From positions 47,740,001 through 47,804,000 of the forward strand of contig NC_043008.1 in the NCBI RefSeq assembly GCF_006345805.1: DNA of 64,000 nucleotides, written 5' to 3'. The notes under the pieces are model-generated. The model worked only from the letters and a program-made list of their open reading frames with translations, made no database searches and was not told where the DNA came from. Both the position numbers and the translations under genes were made by a program. Position 1 is the stretch's first letter. Every line of letters starts with the position of its first letter. Source of the DNA: Octopus sinensis. Its lineage: Eukaryota. Shown piece after piece: positions 14,177 through 28,478 of the stretch.

Positions 14177-14698
14177 GTCCCAAACCAGTAGGTGTCGCTT
14201 CCGACAATCTCTGTTCAAAGGTTTTATTTACCTAGCTTCGGTGGAATATATATATATATATATATATCATTATTACCAGGTTGCAATTAAGACCAGCCCT
14301 ATATGAAAAAGTAAAACGTCAGGAATAAAGAATTCCCCAAAATTAGCATGCCCTTAAAGAATAATACAATCCTATTGTCTGGAGATAGTCAGTTATGTAC
14401 GGTTGTTTCTGCCTGAATAGCCGTCATCAACTTATCAAATGTTCTACTTCGCCTCCCAGTGATCAAAGGACGTTGACTTATAGAAAAAGAGTACAACACA
14501 TTTAGCATGATTCAAACAAATTTAGTTTTAGTACCTTTAGCATTTACATGTGATATAAAACAAAATGCATATTATTTATTTGGCTTCAAATGTGTTTTCA
14601 TAAATGATTAATGTTTTGCTATTTTACTGCATCCTCTATGTTTCTGAGTGTGTGTGTTTGTACACACACACACACACATACACACACACAAACACACC

Positions 14699-14805
<107 letters not shown>

Positions 14806-15075
14806 GAAAAAAATCAAGGTAGAAAATGCTAAAAGAATTTTATCATAAAAACCATTTTAGTACCGGCTTCAGTTCATTGAGACTTTTTCAACTCTAAGTA
14901 TGGAAAGCAATTAAATTTTGGAACCCACAAGGGTAAACAAGAAAGACAGAGACAGGCACAAAAAAGGAAAATGCCCCTTGTATTTGAATGCTATGCAAAT
15001 ATTCTTTTTAAAAACATTTCATTTAAGTTTTTCAAAATTTAATTATATATATATATATATATATCATTACCATAA

Positions 15076-15194
15076 TGGCTTGGCTTCGCGAACGAAGATC
15101 AGGAAGGCCGTCCACGTCGCGTGCATGCACGCTCATGACTGACAAGTCCGATATGGGAAAGGCAGGTCCGTGAACAGTGTCCACAGGCGAAGGT
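15076..15194 (-). mobile_element. RTE-clade LINE extreme 3' end
   Basis: Encodes [31 protein letters not shown], the C-terminal CxxC..C.S.IGL.SH..C motif of RTE ORF2, followed by a short 3' UTR tcttcgttcgcgaagccaagcc. Embedded in (TA)n. Confidence 0.75.
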
Positions 15195-15212
15195 ATATAT
15201 GTATATATATAT

Positions 15213-15244
<32 letters not shown>

Positions 15245-15259
15245 ATATATATATATATA

Positions 15260-15348
<89 letters not shown>

Positions 15349-15881
15349 TACATATATACATATATACATATATATATGCCACAGAACCTCCCAGAACTAG
15401 GCACCAATATCATAGCATTGTCTAAGCTTTCTTAAGTTGTCTATGAAGAAAACCAAGCTATAGCAAAGTAAGCGATCTCCACAAACTATGAATCCATGAA
15501 ATTTTCTAATTTACAGGAATGGAGGACAACACAGAATAGCGAGACGAAGATATAAGAAGTTCACCATGGAGCATGGCATGTGTCCATTCTCATCATCAGC
15601 GGCGCGAACAGATCACTGTCAATTTTAAGAATAACAATGGCGAATTTATTGGTTCCGTTGTGTGACTAAAGTCAGATTTATTGTGAAAGATCAATTTGAC
15701 TGAAACTTCACCTATCAGCTTGGTCAACCAGAGTGCTGACTGACCAAACCGATGGGCAAACTTTGAAGTCCCAGTCAGCTTCATCTTCCAAAATAAATAC
15801 GATTCTAATCTCACCACAGAACCAATAAATGCATTATTATTACACTTCAAGTAATGATCTTATTTTAACGTTTAAAACAAT

Positions 15882-15933
<52 letters not shown>

Positions 15934-16754
15934 TGGTGTACGCTTATGTGTTTGTGTTTTTGTTCTTGGGTTAGTTTTATAATTTTGACAATAAATATAA
16001 AAATTAGTTGATGATCGATGTCGGTTGCGTTTGATCTATCATCGTATGACAAAAGTTCTTTGTATCAATGTTAGATTGAGATTTAAATACTTGCCTATAT
16101 CTAACATTACGTTGAAACATTTTTAATATCAATATAGCTAAATACATCCTTCATAATTAATTTTGTATTCGATATTCAGCAACTATTGTACATAAATTAA
16201 TTAAAACTTCGCTCAGTTTAAATATGGGAAACCAAATATAAAAACGATTTGATATTGAATTTTCTCTTTTCATTGTTCCTAGTTGATGTTAGACCGCAGC
16301 TGATTTACCTTTAACCCTGATAAATAACTTCCGGTATTGCATCCGTTCTACCATATATGATACGCATTTTGTGGTTTTATTGCAACGTAAATAATTGTCG
16401 TTGAACGCAAACTTTTCTGAAGGCTTCTTTTCATTTTTTTTTCTTTTCAGAAAATTAATTTTTATTAATATTGTTATTATTGTGTCTTTCGCTTGAGTCA
16501 GATTTTAAAATGGAATTTTAAAATAAAATTACATGAGAAAACATGGCAGCCTTTGTTCGAACTGTTTTATAAAAATTGTTGTGAAATTTAGTTGTGGTTA
16601 TGGTTTAATATTGTTGGATAATGGGATAATGCTATGAAAGGAGAAGCGATAGGAAATAAAGTAATAAACGGGTGGAATGGAGGTTTATGTAGATTGGAAG
16701 AGAAATATACCAGGAGGATAGATTTAAACTTTAATTAAGAAAGTATAGAGGAGC

Positions 16755-17119
16755 AAGAAGAAGAAGAAGAAGAAGAAGAAGAAGAAGAAGAAGAAGAAGA
16801 AGAAGATGAAGGAGAAGAAGAAGAAGGAGAAGAAGGAGAAGAAGAAGAAGAAGAAAAAGAAGAAGAAGAGGGAGAAGAAGAAGGAAAAGAAAATGAAGAA
16901 GAAGAAGGAAAAGAAAATGAAGAAGAAGGAAAAGAAAATGAAAAAGAAGAAGAAAATGAAGAAGAAGAAGAAGAAAAAGAAAAAGAAGAAGAAGAAGAAG
17001 AAAAAGGAGAAGTAGAATGAGAGAAGAAGAAGAAAATGAAGAAGAAGAAGGAGGATGAGGAGGAGAAGAGAAGAAGAAGAAGAAGAAGAAGAAGAAGAAG
17101 AAGAAGAAGAAGAAGAAGA
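16755..17119. repeat. (GAA)n polypurine microsatellite with 21-bp higher-order units
   Basis: Direct reading; gaagaagaaggaaaagaaaat-type units recur. Confidence 0.97.
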
Positions 17120-17823
17120 GCTGCTATCAAAATACCAGAATCGTAACAATAGAAACGCAATGACAGCATCAACAACAATTGCAGTAACAGTAGCATGTCT
17201 ACCATCACCATCACCACCATCATCATCATCACGTTCAATAACAATAACAATAACAACACCAGTAACAATAATAACAACGTAAATGATAAAGAAATTTGAA
17301 AGTCCATTCTTGAACAAACCACAACGATTAAAAATTTGTTTTCTTAGTTTTGTTTTTTTTTTTGTTCCGTTGGCGAAGTTGGTGAATTTATCTCCGTCTG
17401 ATAGAGTGGTTCACATCAAAAAAGGTTTTATGAATATTACAGAAAAAGAAGTTTTAATCACAGGAAAGAGCGCTATCATATACGACATTGATGCATTTTA
17501 AATGGAACCATATTCTGCGAGTGCAGTTTACTGACATTTTACGAGAGAAAAAACAATGTGCCTTGTCTTAAGTTCAAAGAATCACTGAAAACTTTATGCT
17601 GTCAGAATGTTCTAGAATCAATATTGAAATCTTCGGCTTTCGAGTGGAAGGAAACGAAAGGGAAGAATACAAACAGAATAATGCTGTAAATAGGGACGAC
17701 GGGAATGAAGAAGACGATAGGAGAGTGTGTTTTATATACATGGATCGGTGTATATTGTATTGCACAGGCACCTGTGTATGTGTGAGTGTGCGTGCATATA
17801 TATATATATATATATATATATTC

Positions 17824-17914
<91 letters not shown>

Positions 17915-18045
17915 TGTATGTATGTATTTATATATATATATGTGTGTGGATGTGTGTGTGTATGTATATTTGTACGGTGTATTTGAAGTATTAATTTATA
18001 AAAATATGGTAAAGTAAAAAAATATATTTGTACGTATATATTTAT

Positions 18046-18101
<56 letters not shown>

Positions 18102-18118
18102 ATATGTATATATATGCG

Positions 18119-18156
<38 letters not shown>

Positions 18157-20438
18157 GACTATGGAGTATTTCTTTGCGTGTTCAATTAGACTTTGGTATA
18201 GGCTGGTGGGTGGGGTGTGTTTGCATATTTCTTTGTATGTGAAATATAAGCACAAAGATTTTGAAGTTTCGTCCAGTTTTAAATGCCAAGTGTACAATTA
18301 CTTTTCTGTGGATTTTGCTCAAAGAGAATTAAGCCAGCAAGTTTAACACCTGCCGCTTCGCTAATATGATTTCATGTAAATGACATCGTCGTTTTTTCAC
18401 AACCTTCAGAACAGCTAAAATAGACGCAACCAATTTTAGCTGCGTTTATTGTTCATTAGTAGCAAGTTTGGGGAACATCTAAAGTATAGCAGTGTCAATA
18501 AATGGAAGACAGCCGGAAGTGATAGACACAAGCTCTGTGTGTGTATGTGTGTGTGTATGTGTGTGTGTTTGTATTTGTGTGTGTGCACACGCGCATTTCT
18601 CATCCCTCCGGGTTCATAAGGCAACCTGTGTAACCACATGTAAATGAAGATTTCCATACACACCCAGTCTTTAAATGTAGTTACGAAATAATTTACAGGC
18701 TGTTCGGGATAAATTTGACGGTTTGTCTTAAGTCTTCTTTTCTTCGCATTGATGCATCGATGAATCGACAACTACGTTAGTGATTACAATGGTTGAAGTT
18801 GTAGTTTACAAAAAGGTAAGCTGACATGGCGGACTTGAAAGCTCCATGTCAGTTAATACAGCTGATAAAAACACCCACTGCTCTGTCAGCCTAAGGCTGG
18901 GCTTGTGGCCAAGACCAAAGAGGTGATCGAAGATCTCCTATGGACACTGTCAAGAACGCAAGCACGAGGCTCCAGAGTCGTACTGAAGCCGTGGTGGAAG
19001 TTGAGGGCACCTAATTTGAATAAACTGTTATCTACCATCCATAATATAATTGATATGCTTTGGTTTTATATTTTGATGGGATATTGTGTTTTCATTTCCT
19101 GCCCGAACACACACTGCAGTAGTTATTGATGAGGATTTAGCTCTAAGACGAAACTAACATTTCTGTGGCAAAAACTACAAGATGGAGTTGAATCCCTCAT
19201 CACTCCTCGTAAGTTTTCTGTCAGATCACATCTAAATGATGAATGGAGTACAGAGCTACAATAAAGTTTCATAGTTGAGCATCCTATTGCGCAGTTGGAC
19301 AAAATGCCCACAGAGGTGACTTGGTCACCTTAGAGTAACCTGATTGGTTATCCTCTCTTGGGAAGTCTCTTTGCATCTTCCTGGAGGCGGATCTGAATCT
19401 AGAACCCTTAATCTCTGGTACCACTCTCAAGAGAGAAGATACGAAGTTTATCGCTATTAAACAACGTAAGAGCACCGGAAATGTAAGCTAGAGTTATTAA
19501 TCATCGAAATGACGAGTTTTAAAAATCGTTGTTCTTTGAAATCATTTGAGGTGGAATTGTGCGTCATGTGGAAAAGATGACATTAAAAGACAAAGTGCCG
19601 TCTTATAGGGAAGAAGAAATTGGCAAAAAGCATCAAATCCTGCAAATGCTACTCAGACGAAAAAAAAATGATTAGGGTATTTCACTAGCATACAGAGAGG
19701 AAGATGACCAGCATCCATCACTTATCCCCAAACTCAAATGACGAAACCTGGAGTCATTTTAAGGTCACTGAAGACCAACGAGCTAATCAAACTAATTACC
19801 ACAAAACAGGTCTCTTACACAATCAGTTTCAAACAGTAAATTGAGAAATAATCAAAACTAGAACTGGTTAAAAGCTACCAGAAAATAAGGTTCTGCAAAA
19901 ATAAACATGTCAGCAAAAGAACTCTCTCCGTTCTATGCAATAAATGACACAGCGATAAAAAACAAACATGTTTTTCTTCTTCCTCCTCTTCTCGAAAAGA
20001 AAAGCAACACAGGATGGCTGGTCAGTCAGAACTTCAGTCAAATGGATTATGTTATTACCCCGGAAAATGTGGAACCCGATACTGAAGGGAAGATAAGTAT
20101 ACCAATAAGCTACAATCCGGAAGGACCATTTTCTCACCCGGAAAAAATTATTAATCAAACCCTAATAAAAACAAAGCAAAACAAAAGTACAAAATTATAA
20201 CAGAATGTCGTAAAGGAAATTGCCGGTAGGGAAAAGGGCGAAATTCTAGGGTCTACTTAGAAAGTGACTTTATTGAGTGGTCGGGTATAAAATCTTTCAG
20301 TGTTGATTGAGTTGGAGGTGGTTCTGTCTCTAAAACTATTTTTATATATACCAACTAAACATTGAGGGATATTCATTTTAGTACAACTAATTTGAATGTC
20401 TTTTTCCTGTGTACTCGGAAGTAATATTCCCTAATAAT

Positions 20439-20474
<36 letters not shown>

Positions 20475-21920
20475 CAATTTAATAGATAAAACATATGCAT
20501 ACATACATACATATATGTACATACCTACATCTATATGTATATATACATGCATATATGAGTACAGAACACCATAAATAAACGTAGGACACAACGAGAAACG
20601 AAGACATAAAAACGAAACAAGGAAAATATATATATATATATGTAAGATTCCCAGGCTGGTTATAACAACCTTCTGAAATTTTACTTTTAATCTTATAAAT
20701 TTGTATAACTTTCCATCTTTATCTGCGAGACTTAAGCTGTAAAGATCCAAATTCCTGTTGCATCTATTTTATAATCACTGCTCAAAAGAGTTTTATTCAA
20801 AGATTTGTGAATTTTTGCAGAAAATTAATGAGTACCGCACGTATATGTCACGTGGATATATAAAAACTGTTGTATGTTGTTGCTTGGCTGCGTAGGACTA
20901 ATTATTATGAGGCAGCGGAGGTAACATGTATTGTTATAACTTCGGGTTGCAGGTTAAATGCTGAGTGAGACGTTCAGAATTCATAATCTCGCATAAATCT
21001 ATTCAGATATGTAATACAATCCGTCAATTATCCTTGTCACAGATTATTATATCATATATTATATACGAGGTTTGTGGTAATTTAAAGTTGTACTGCGACT
21101 TTATTTTGACCTTGTGTATGTGTGTGTATGTGTGTGTGTGTGTTTAGCGTTAATTATGAATCCATCAGGACCCTGAAGGGGACTCTGCTGTTGATAATGT
21201 GAAATGAAATCATTTATTACCTGCTGTCACTGACTGATAACATCAAAATAATATCCATGCTTGTAGATTTTCTTTTTCTTTTTTCTTTTCTTCTAGTGTA
21301 CACTTCTCCTGTCTAGACTTCTACTTTTGCATATATACGTTAGCATTCGTGTATCTGTGTGCGTGTCCGCGCGACGAACTTACGTTTGTATATCCAGCTT
21401 TATATTTATTTCGACGTGAGATCGTTTGTTAAAACCAGTGAAAAGCTTTGGATATTCATCAAATATATCTCGCTATACTTTACAGATTTAAAATTACAGA
21501 CGCAAAAAGTAAACTAACAACTATTTGTGCTCATTTAACGAAATGTCTTGCTGATCTTCTGATAAGAATTATTCCCAAAGCTCATAAAATATAAAGAGTT
21601 CACTGTACAGAGGAAGCGAGGAAAATGTTTAGACATTCAATTTAGATAGGACTAAATGTTTATTTGACAATCATCTCCTTTTTTTACGTGTCTGTACTTA
21701 TTAGTGCTACTGGTATTGTTGTTTAGCTTCATTTCAAATATTCATAACGCATTCCAGCCATAAGTATCCAATCTTCTTTTGAAGTGTTATGTATTCAAGA
21801 TTACGTCGTCCGGCATTTTTCTTCCTTTCTTTTGAAAGAGCAACGAGATTTGACTGATTTTGATACTTACAACACGCCACCGATCTCATCGTATCCTTAT
21901 CGTCTATTCCTTACATTTAC

Positions 21921-22312
21921 AGCTGCTGCTGCTGTTGCTGTTGCTGTTGAGCGAACGGTCTTCGTCCCAGAGCTCGCAACATGGGAGAAGTCCGAAACGT
22001 GGTCCTTTGCTATTCGTAAGACCCGCAGAAGAGAAAGCAGGTCAACCCCCGACACCGAGAGCATCGAGGGATGGCTGAATGCGCATCCAGGCTCAGCGGT
22101 TGCGTAGGAAGTCGGGGACAAGAAACAAGAAGAAAGAGAGAGAAAGTTAGAGCAAAAGAGTACAACAGGGGTCGCCACCACCTCCTGCCGGTGTCTCGTG
22201 GAGCTTTAGGTGTTTTCGCTCAATAAACACACACAACGCCCGGTCTGGGAATCGAAACCGTGATCCTCCGACCGCGAGTCCGCTGCCCTAACCATTGGGC
22301 TATTACGCCTCC
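21921..22312 (-). mobile_element. tRNA-derived SINE, head family A, tail type 1 with (CAG/CAA)n end
   Basis: Head GGAGGCGTAATAGCCCAATGGTTAGGGCAGCGGACTC..GGTTTCGATTCCCAG has Pol III A and B boxes. Head and core are shared with the copies at 26.4-26.7 kb and 49.4-49.7 kb. Confidence 0.85.
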
Positions 22313-22488
22313 ACTACATCTGCTGCTGTTGCTAATGTCGTTTAGCCGCAGGTCAGCTGGAATCCAGTAGGCCTATGATTAAAGACATTTCAGCCAACGA
22401 TCGTTTTACTCTAGTTTTCTACTTTCCCTATGTAGTTCAACGTGTAGGAGATTTGACTGTTATTTCTACTAGTTTCTCTCAGTGCATT

Positions 22489-22788
22489 TATGTATGTATG
22501 TATGTATGTATGTATGTATGTTGTATGTATGTATGTATGTATGTGTATGTATGTGTGTATGTATGTATGTATGTATGTATGTATGTTTGTATGTATGTAT
22601 GTGTGTATGTATGTGTGTATGTATGTGTGTATGTATGCATGCATGTATGTATGTATGTATGTATGTGTGTATGTATGTGTGTATGTATGTGTGTATGTAT
22701 GTATGCATGCATGTATGTATGTATGTATGTTTGTATGTATGTATGTGTGTATGTATGTGTGTATGTATGCATGCATGTATGTATGTAT
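22489..22788. repeat. (TATG)n microsatellite
   Basis: Direct reading. Confidence 0.97.
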
Positions 22789-23048
22789 AGGGACATTTGC
22801 TGTTGATGCCTCCCAATGTAATTCTTCTCTTCCCGGGTTCGTCTTCGCAGCAAACAAGATATCTCATGCTTTGCCATCGAAGTGATTAGTTCTTATCTCA
22901 CTGATATCCTCTTACCGCAACATGTTTACACTCGAACCATTTTGCTTAGTCTCGCTACTAGTTAACACCTTTTAACCAAACGATTATCATCTTCACTTGT
23001 TTATTCGCCTTAAACTATAATATTATTATTATTATTATTATTATTATT

Positions 23049-23542
23049 GAGTGAGAGAGCAGTTCTTGCCATCAAAGTGACACTGGGGTAAAATATACGA
23101 AGCCCAATATACCCATCATGACTACCCGTCTGATAAAGGTACACCAGGCACATGCATCACAACCATATGTGCGCGACATGGTGATCTCATATCAAGATAA
23201 ACAGCACATGACCTTGCAGGTGGGGCCCAGTTAGAATTTTCTTCAGGTTGAGTAGCCCATCCCGCTCAAACGGTTCCTGAATAAGGGTTGTTTAAGGATG
23301 TTGAAAGAACCACCCATGTTTCCAGAGGTGAACTATTCAAACCCCAAAGAATCCCTCTCAACACATGGCTATGATGCTCCCCCACTACTTCTGCTCGTGA
23401 TCAGAGATGCACATATCGTCAGCCACTAAGGGACATGCTCAACTGGTTATGGTCAAACAACTGACAAGCAAATCTGTGGTATTGAGCAGAATATTTGCTG
23501 TAGCCCATCTTTTATACCAAGACAAAACAATGTACATGATAT
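23049..23542. mobile_element. ~490-bp complex interspersed element embedded in a (TAT)n tract
   Basis: Complex sequence of higher GC than its flanks, bounded sharply by (TAT)n at 23015-23048 and 23543-23730. No convincing ORF. Confidence 0.55.
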
Positions 23543-23561
23543 ATTATTATTATTATTATTA

Positions 23562-23610
<49 letters not shown>

Positions 23611-23669
23611 GATATTTTAATTATTACTAGTATTATTATTATCATTCTTACTATTATTATTATTATTAT

Positions 23670-23710
<41 letters not shown>

Positions 23711-24009
23711 TTATTATTATTATTATTATTATCAATATTTTTATTTTCATTGCGTGCTTTTTGCCGCAGAACGGCAGTTTTTCTTCTCTTTTATGTTCTC
23801 TGTTATATTTTGAAAGAATTCTACCAATTAACAGAGCAGCTCCTTGCTGTTTGTTGCTTAGATGTGTGTCCTAGAACTTGGCTTCTTTACTTAACAGCAT
23901 ATGTTTTAATCAATCCCAAGGCACCAATTATTAACGGAACTAGTTTCCTTATCTTTTAGTTATCTATTTCTAGGACATTATTTATTTGGATGATTTCCAT
24001 CTCTCTCTC

Positions 24010-24560
24010 TCTCTCTCTCTGAAATACACCATCGTCAGCTGCTGAGACACATAGGTTGATCAAGGAGTACTTCTTTTTCTTGATCACCATGTGGGTATCC
24101 CATTGGCTTATCCCATGGGTGTTTGAATGGACGTATCCCATAGTGTGTCAATAGCTTTGTCATTTTCTGAGATATTTTCTTGTATTGTTTTATGCTCCTA
24201 AACCTGCAGCCTATGAAATTCCCAATTGTGTGCTTGTACCTTCTGTTGCCCATTCTTGGACTACCAGTGATGATTTCGTTAATTCTTTTCATCCAACGTA
24301 TTTTCTCCAATAAAGTCAACAAATTTTATTTCATTGCAAGATTCCAACATCCCACTGTGCTTATTGCTCTGTATTCACTGTTGCAGAGCTTTCGGCTGTT
24401 ACGGATTTTTGTTTTCAGTTTACATATTTTGTCAGTTTTCCCTAATTTCAATCCTCTTTTTAAGTGCAGATAACTTTTAGCAGTATAATTTTAAATGTTT
24501 CCTAATAATATACAAATATATTCTCTTCTCTATTCCTTGTTCCCCTAACCAGTTTCCTTT
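24010..24560 (-). mobile_element. Decayed R4/Dong-type LINE fragment (CCHC knuckle plus RLE start)
   Basis: Minus strand across frameshifts: .RKLCNSEYRAISTVGCWNLA (CRLC...ETI.HI..C-like), HWEFHRLQV, ENDKAIDTLWDTSIQT, HMVIKKKKYSLINLCVSAADDGVFQRERE. Confidence 0.7.
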
Positions 24561-25400
24561 CGTATTCTAGTCCCACTGTTCTATTTATATCAGACCCCGA
24601 CTTGTTTATGTGTGAAGTGAACTAATTCTATCAATATTAGCTCTAAACTGGCAGCCCCGGAACAGCTTAGTACGTATCGATTATTCTGTAATACCCAGCC
24701 CTAATTTTCTCCTTTCTTTTCTCTCTAATCTTCCCATCAGTCTCATTCAACCTGAAGCATACGTATGAATGGTTCTGGAGGCCATAGGTTTTAGTGTTAT
24801 TGTTAAAATCTTCTTAAAAGATTTTCATTCAAGTATCTCATTGTCCTGGAAGAATGGTTCAAATTAATCCGAAGTTTCGTACCTTGAAAGCTTTTCGTTG
24901 GCTTCCAAAATGTCTTCTCTTTTGTCGAAATATTTATTAATTATCTGAACGTTTCCCCCATTTACTTGGATCCTTTATTTTCTTTCCAGTTTCTCGTATC
25001 AGTCATACGACATGACAACATGACACGTGTATTTTTATAGACATCTTCATTCATGATTTTCTCGCTGTTTATTTATTTAAACATCCGACATCAATAAAAA
25101 CCATCAAATTCCGATGGTTTTAAGTTTACTTAATTTTTGTAAATGTTTTATTATTTTAAACGATAATTTTGCTTATACAATTCGCATTTCAAACTATATA
25201 TAATTATAATTCTCGTCAGCATCATCATCATTTTCATCTTCCTCTTCATAATCATCATCATCCTTGTCGTCGTCGTCATCATTTCGTCTTTTATTTCATT
25301 CTCACAGACACACATCAGATTTACAGAGTTGAGAAAAGTTTTAGCATTTCGAAGAGTAACAAAATTATTCCACCGGTAACTTTTCCGATACCACTCGAAT

Positions 25401-26297
25401 AATACATACACACATACATACATACACACATACACACATACATACATACATACATACATTCATACATACATACATACATACATACATACATACATACATA
25501 CATACATACATACATACATACATACATACACACATACATACACACATACATACATACATTCATACATACATACATACATACATACATACATCATACATAC
25601 ATATATGCATACATACATACATACATACATACATACATAAATACATACATACATACATACACACATACATACATACATACATGCATACATACATACATAC
25701 ATACATACATGCATGCATACATACATGCATACATACATACATACATACATACATACGTACATACATACATACATACACACATACATACATACACACATAC
25801 ATACATACATACATACATGCATACATACATGCATGCATACATACATGCATACATACATACATACACACATACATTCATACATACATCATACATACATATA
25901 TGCATACATACATACACACATACATACATACATACATACATTCATACATACATACATACATACATACACACATACATACATCATACATACATACATATAT
26001 GCATACATACATACATACATACATGCATATATACATACATACATACATAAATACATACATACATACATGCATACATACACACATACATACATACATACAT
26101 ACATACATACATGCATGCATATATACATACATACATACATATATAAATACATACATACATACTTACATACATACATGCATGCATACATACATGCATACAT
26201 ACATGCATGCATACATACATACATACATACATGCATACATACATACACACATACATACACACATACATACATACATATAAACATACATACATACATA
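25401..26297. repeat. ~900-bp (CATA)n compound microsatellite
   Basis: Direct reading; the longest simple repeat in the window. Confidence 0.97.
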
Positions 26298-26353
26298 GAG
26301 AGACAGAAAGACAGACAGACAGATGCTATATGTATATTCATATATATGCGTAT

Positions 26354-26691
26354 TGTGGCCCTCCGTCGGTTACGACGACGAGGGTTCCAGTTGATCCGAT
26401 CAACAGAACAGCACTCCACAGACACGTGTACCCTTTACGTAGTTCTCGGGTAGACTCAGCGTGACACAGAGTGTAACAAGGCTGGCCCTTTGAAATACAG
26501 GTACAACAGGACCAGGAAGAAAAGAGTGAGAAAAATTTGTGGTGAAAGAGTAGAGCAGGGTTCGCCACCACTCGCTGCCGGAGCCTCGTGGAGCCTTAGC
26601 TATTTTCGCTCACAATGCCCGGTCTGGGAATCGAAACCACGATCCTACGACTGCAAGTCCGCTGCTCTGACAACTGGGCAATTGCACCTCC
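26354..26691 (-). mobile_element. tRNA-derived SINE, head family A, tail type 2
   Basis: Same head and core as 21921-22312. Different 3' part ending ...gaaccctcgtcgtcgtaaccgacggagggccaca. Confidence 0.85.
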
Positions 26692-27216
26692 ACATATATA
26701 CGCATATTTATAAAGGTACATAGGTATATAATACATACATGCACAGACATTCTTGTATGTCTATTTATTCCAAAGTAATAGAATGTATTAGAAGAATACA
26801 TAGGCATGTAATAAGCATGTGCTACACACACATGTACTGACATTACAGAAAATAGTAAAAGATTAGATTGCTCTTTTCTGTAATATTAGTACATGTGTGT
26901 GTGTCTAACACATAGTTATTACATGTCGATGTATTTATCCAATACATCCTACGACTGTGGAATAGACATACTAGAATGTCTACCAGCTGATGTATGTCGT
27001 TTTGTATCCCCTCCATTTTCTTATTTGCCGTATGAATTAAGGGTAAACCACTTTTTACCCCCACCCATATATGACACTCAATTGCGAGATTGTCATGCAA
27101 TAACTAGCACTTGGGTATGAACAATTAGGTACACTGTCAGCAGTATATTGGATAGGTACTACCCCTTAGTTGGTTGGTTCCCCAACCTCTAAATCACACA
27201 GAAATATATATACATA

Positions 27217-27305
<89 letters not shown>

Positions 27306-27639
27306 TAAATTATTATTATTATATATATATATATTTCTGTTTTGGATTTGGTTTGCAAGATTCTTTATATGAGTTCGTGTGTAGAAGCATGTTCTGTTGT
27401 GTCTGGGGAGAGTCATTTTCTTTTTGTGCCTTATCATCTAACACACCCACCGGTAAAATTTTTTTCTTTTATATATATATATACAATCGATAATAATAAA
27501 GGGTAAATTAATTAATTAATTAGTAATTAATAATTCCACCAAGTTGTGTTCAGCATGTTAAAAGGATCGTTTTCGGTAAACTTAACATCACTTTTTATAA
27601 TTACGAGTATAATTATAATTAGCGTTCAGCAAAAAGAAT

Positions 27640-27758
27640 TTGCTTAGCCACATACCGAAAAAATTAGAAATAGCAGTCAGAGACTGTTTATTTCTATTTT
27701 CTACAAATGAGACTCCGCATACGACATATCTAATTTTTTTCGGTATGGGGCTTAGCAA
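27640..27758. repeat. ~120-bp MITE-like inverted repeat
   Basis: ttgcttagccacataccgaaaaaattaga (27640-27668) is the near reverse complement of tctaatttttttcggtatggggcttagcaa (27729-27758). Confidence 0.6.
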
Positions 27759-27925
27759 CCTGTTGCCTACCCCTTTTATTTATATACAATATATATATAT
27801 ATACTAAACTTTATAGAAGTCCCTACCGTTAATGGTTATATTTACATGCCGAAATCTACCAGTAAATAATTGTTGTTTTTTTTTAAACCATTAAAGATAT
27901 TATTTAATCTTATTATATATATATA

Positions 27926-27968
<43 letters not shown>

Positions 27969-28265
27969 TAATATATACATATGTGTGTATGTGTGTATGT
28001 ATGTATGTTTATGTATATATGCATGTATGTATGCATTCATAAACATAAGTGAGTGAACAAACGAAAGTAGCACTGAAGGCATTTAGTTGGTTTTACTTGG
28101 GTTTAATGAGTTTGATTAAGCTTCACATTACTGAAAGCGATATGTTCGTGAGGGGGAGGGGTGTATGTGTGTGTGTGCGCGTGTGTGTGTTTATGTGTGT
28201 GAGTGTATCTGAATGTGAGTGTGTGTGTGTGTTTTAACTTCGGTCTTCCATAACAGCTTTATAAT

Positions 28266-28478
28266 CCTTTCTACTCTAGGCACAAGGCCTGAAATTTGTG
28301 GGGAGGGTACTAGTCGATTACATCGACCCCGGTGTTTCACTAGTACTTAATTTATCGACCCCGAAAGGATGAAGAGCAAAGTCGACCTTGGCGGAAATTG
28401 AACTCAGAACATAGCGACGGCCGAAATACCGCAAAGCATTTCGCCGGGCGTACTAACCACTCTGCCAGCTCGCCGCCT
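28266..28478 (-). mobile_element. tRNA-derived SINE, head family B
   Basis: GGCGGCGAGCTGGCAGAGTGGTTAGTACGCCCGGCGAAATGC..GAGTTCAATTTCCGCCAAGGTCGACTTTG core, shared with five other copies in the window. Confidence 0.9.

Larger units (their letters stand above)
13625..14247 (-). mobile_element. Tandem ~349-bp-period repeat (copies 13625-13902 and 13974-14247), each with a hammerhead motif; PLE pLTR-like or retrozyme-like
   Basis: Two ~275-bp direct copies differing mostly by 1-nt indels, with a 71-nt spacer and (TA)n on both flanks. Confidence 0.85.

Noticed and set aside
13625-14247. CRISPR-like or prokaryotic system interpretation of direct repeats
   Set aside because: Context is a eukaryotic repeat landscape, with no short repeat-spacer array and no cas-like ORFs anywhere in the window.
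19125-19165. TTGATGA...GAAAC motif
   Set aside because: Stem II and stem I cannot be formed convincingly.
19907-20200. 97-aa ORF in an A-rich stretch
   Set aside because: No motif recognised. Probably a decayed retroelement, but the family cannot be supported.
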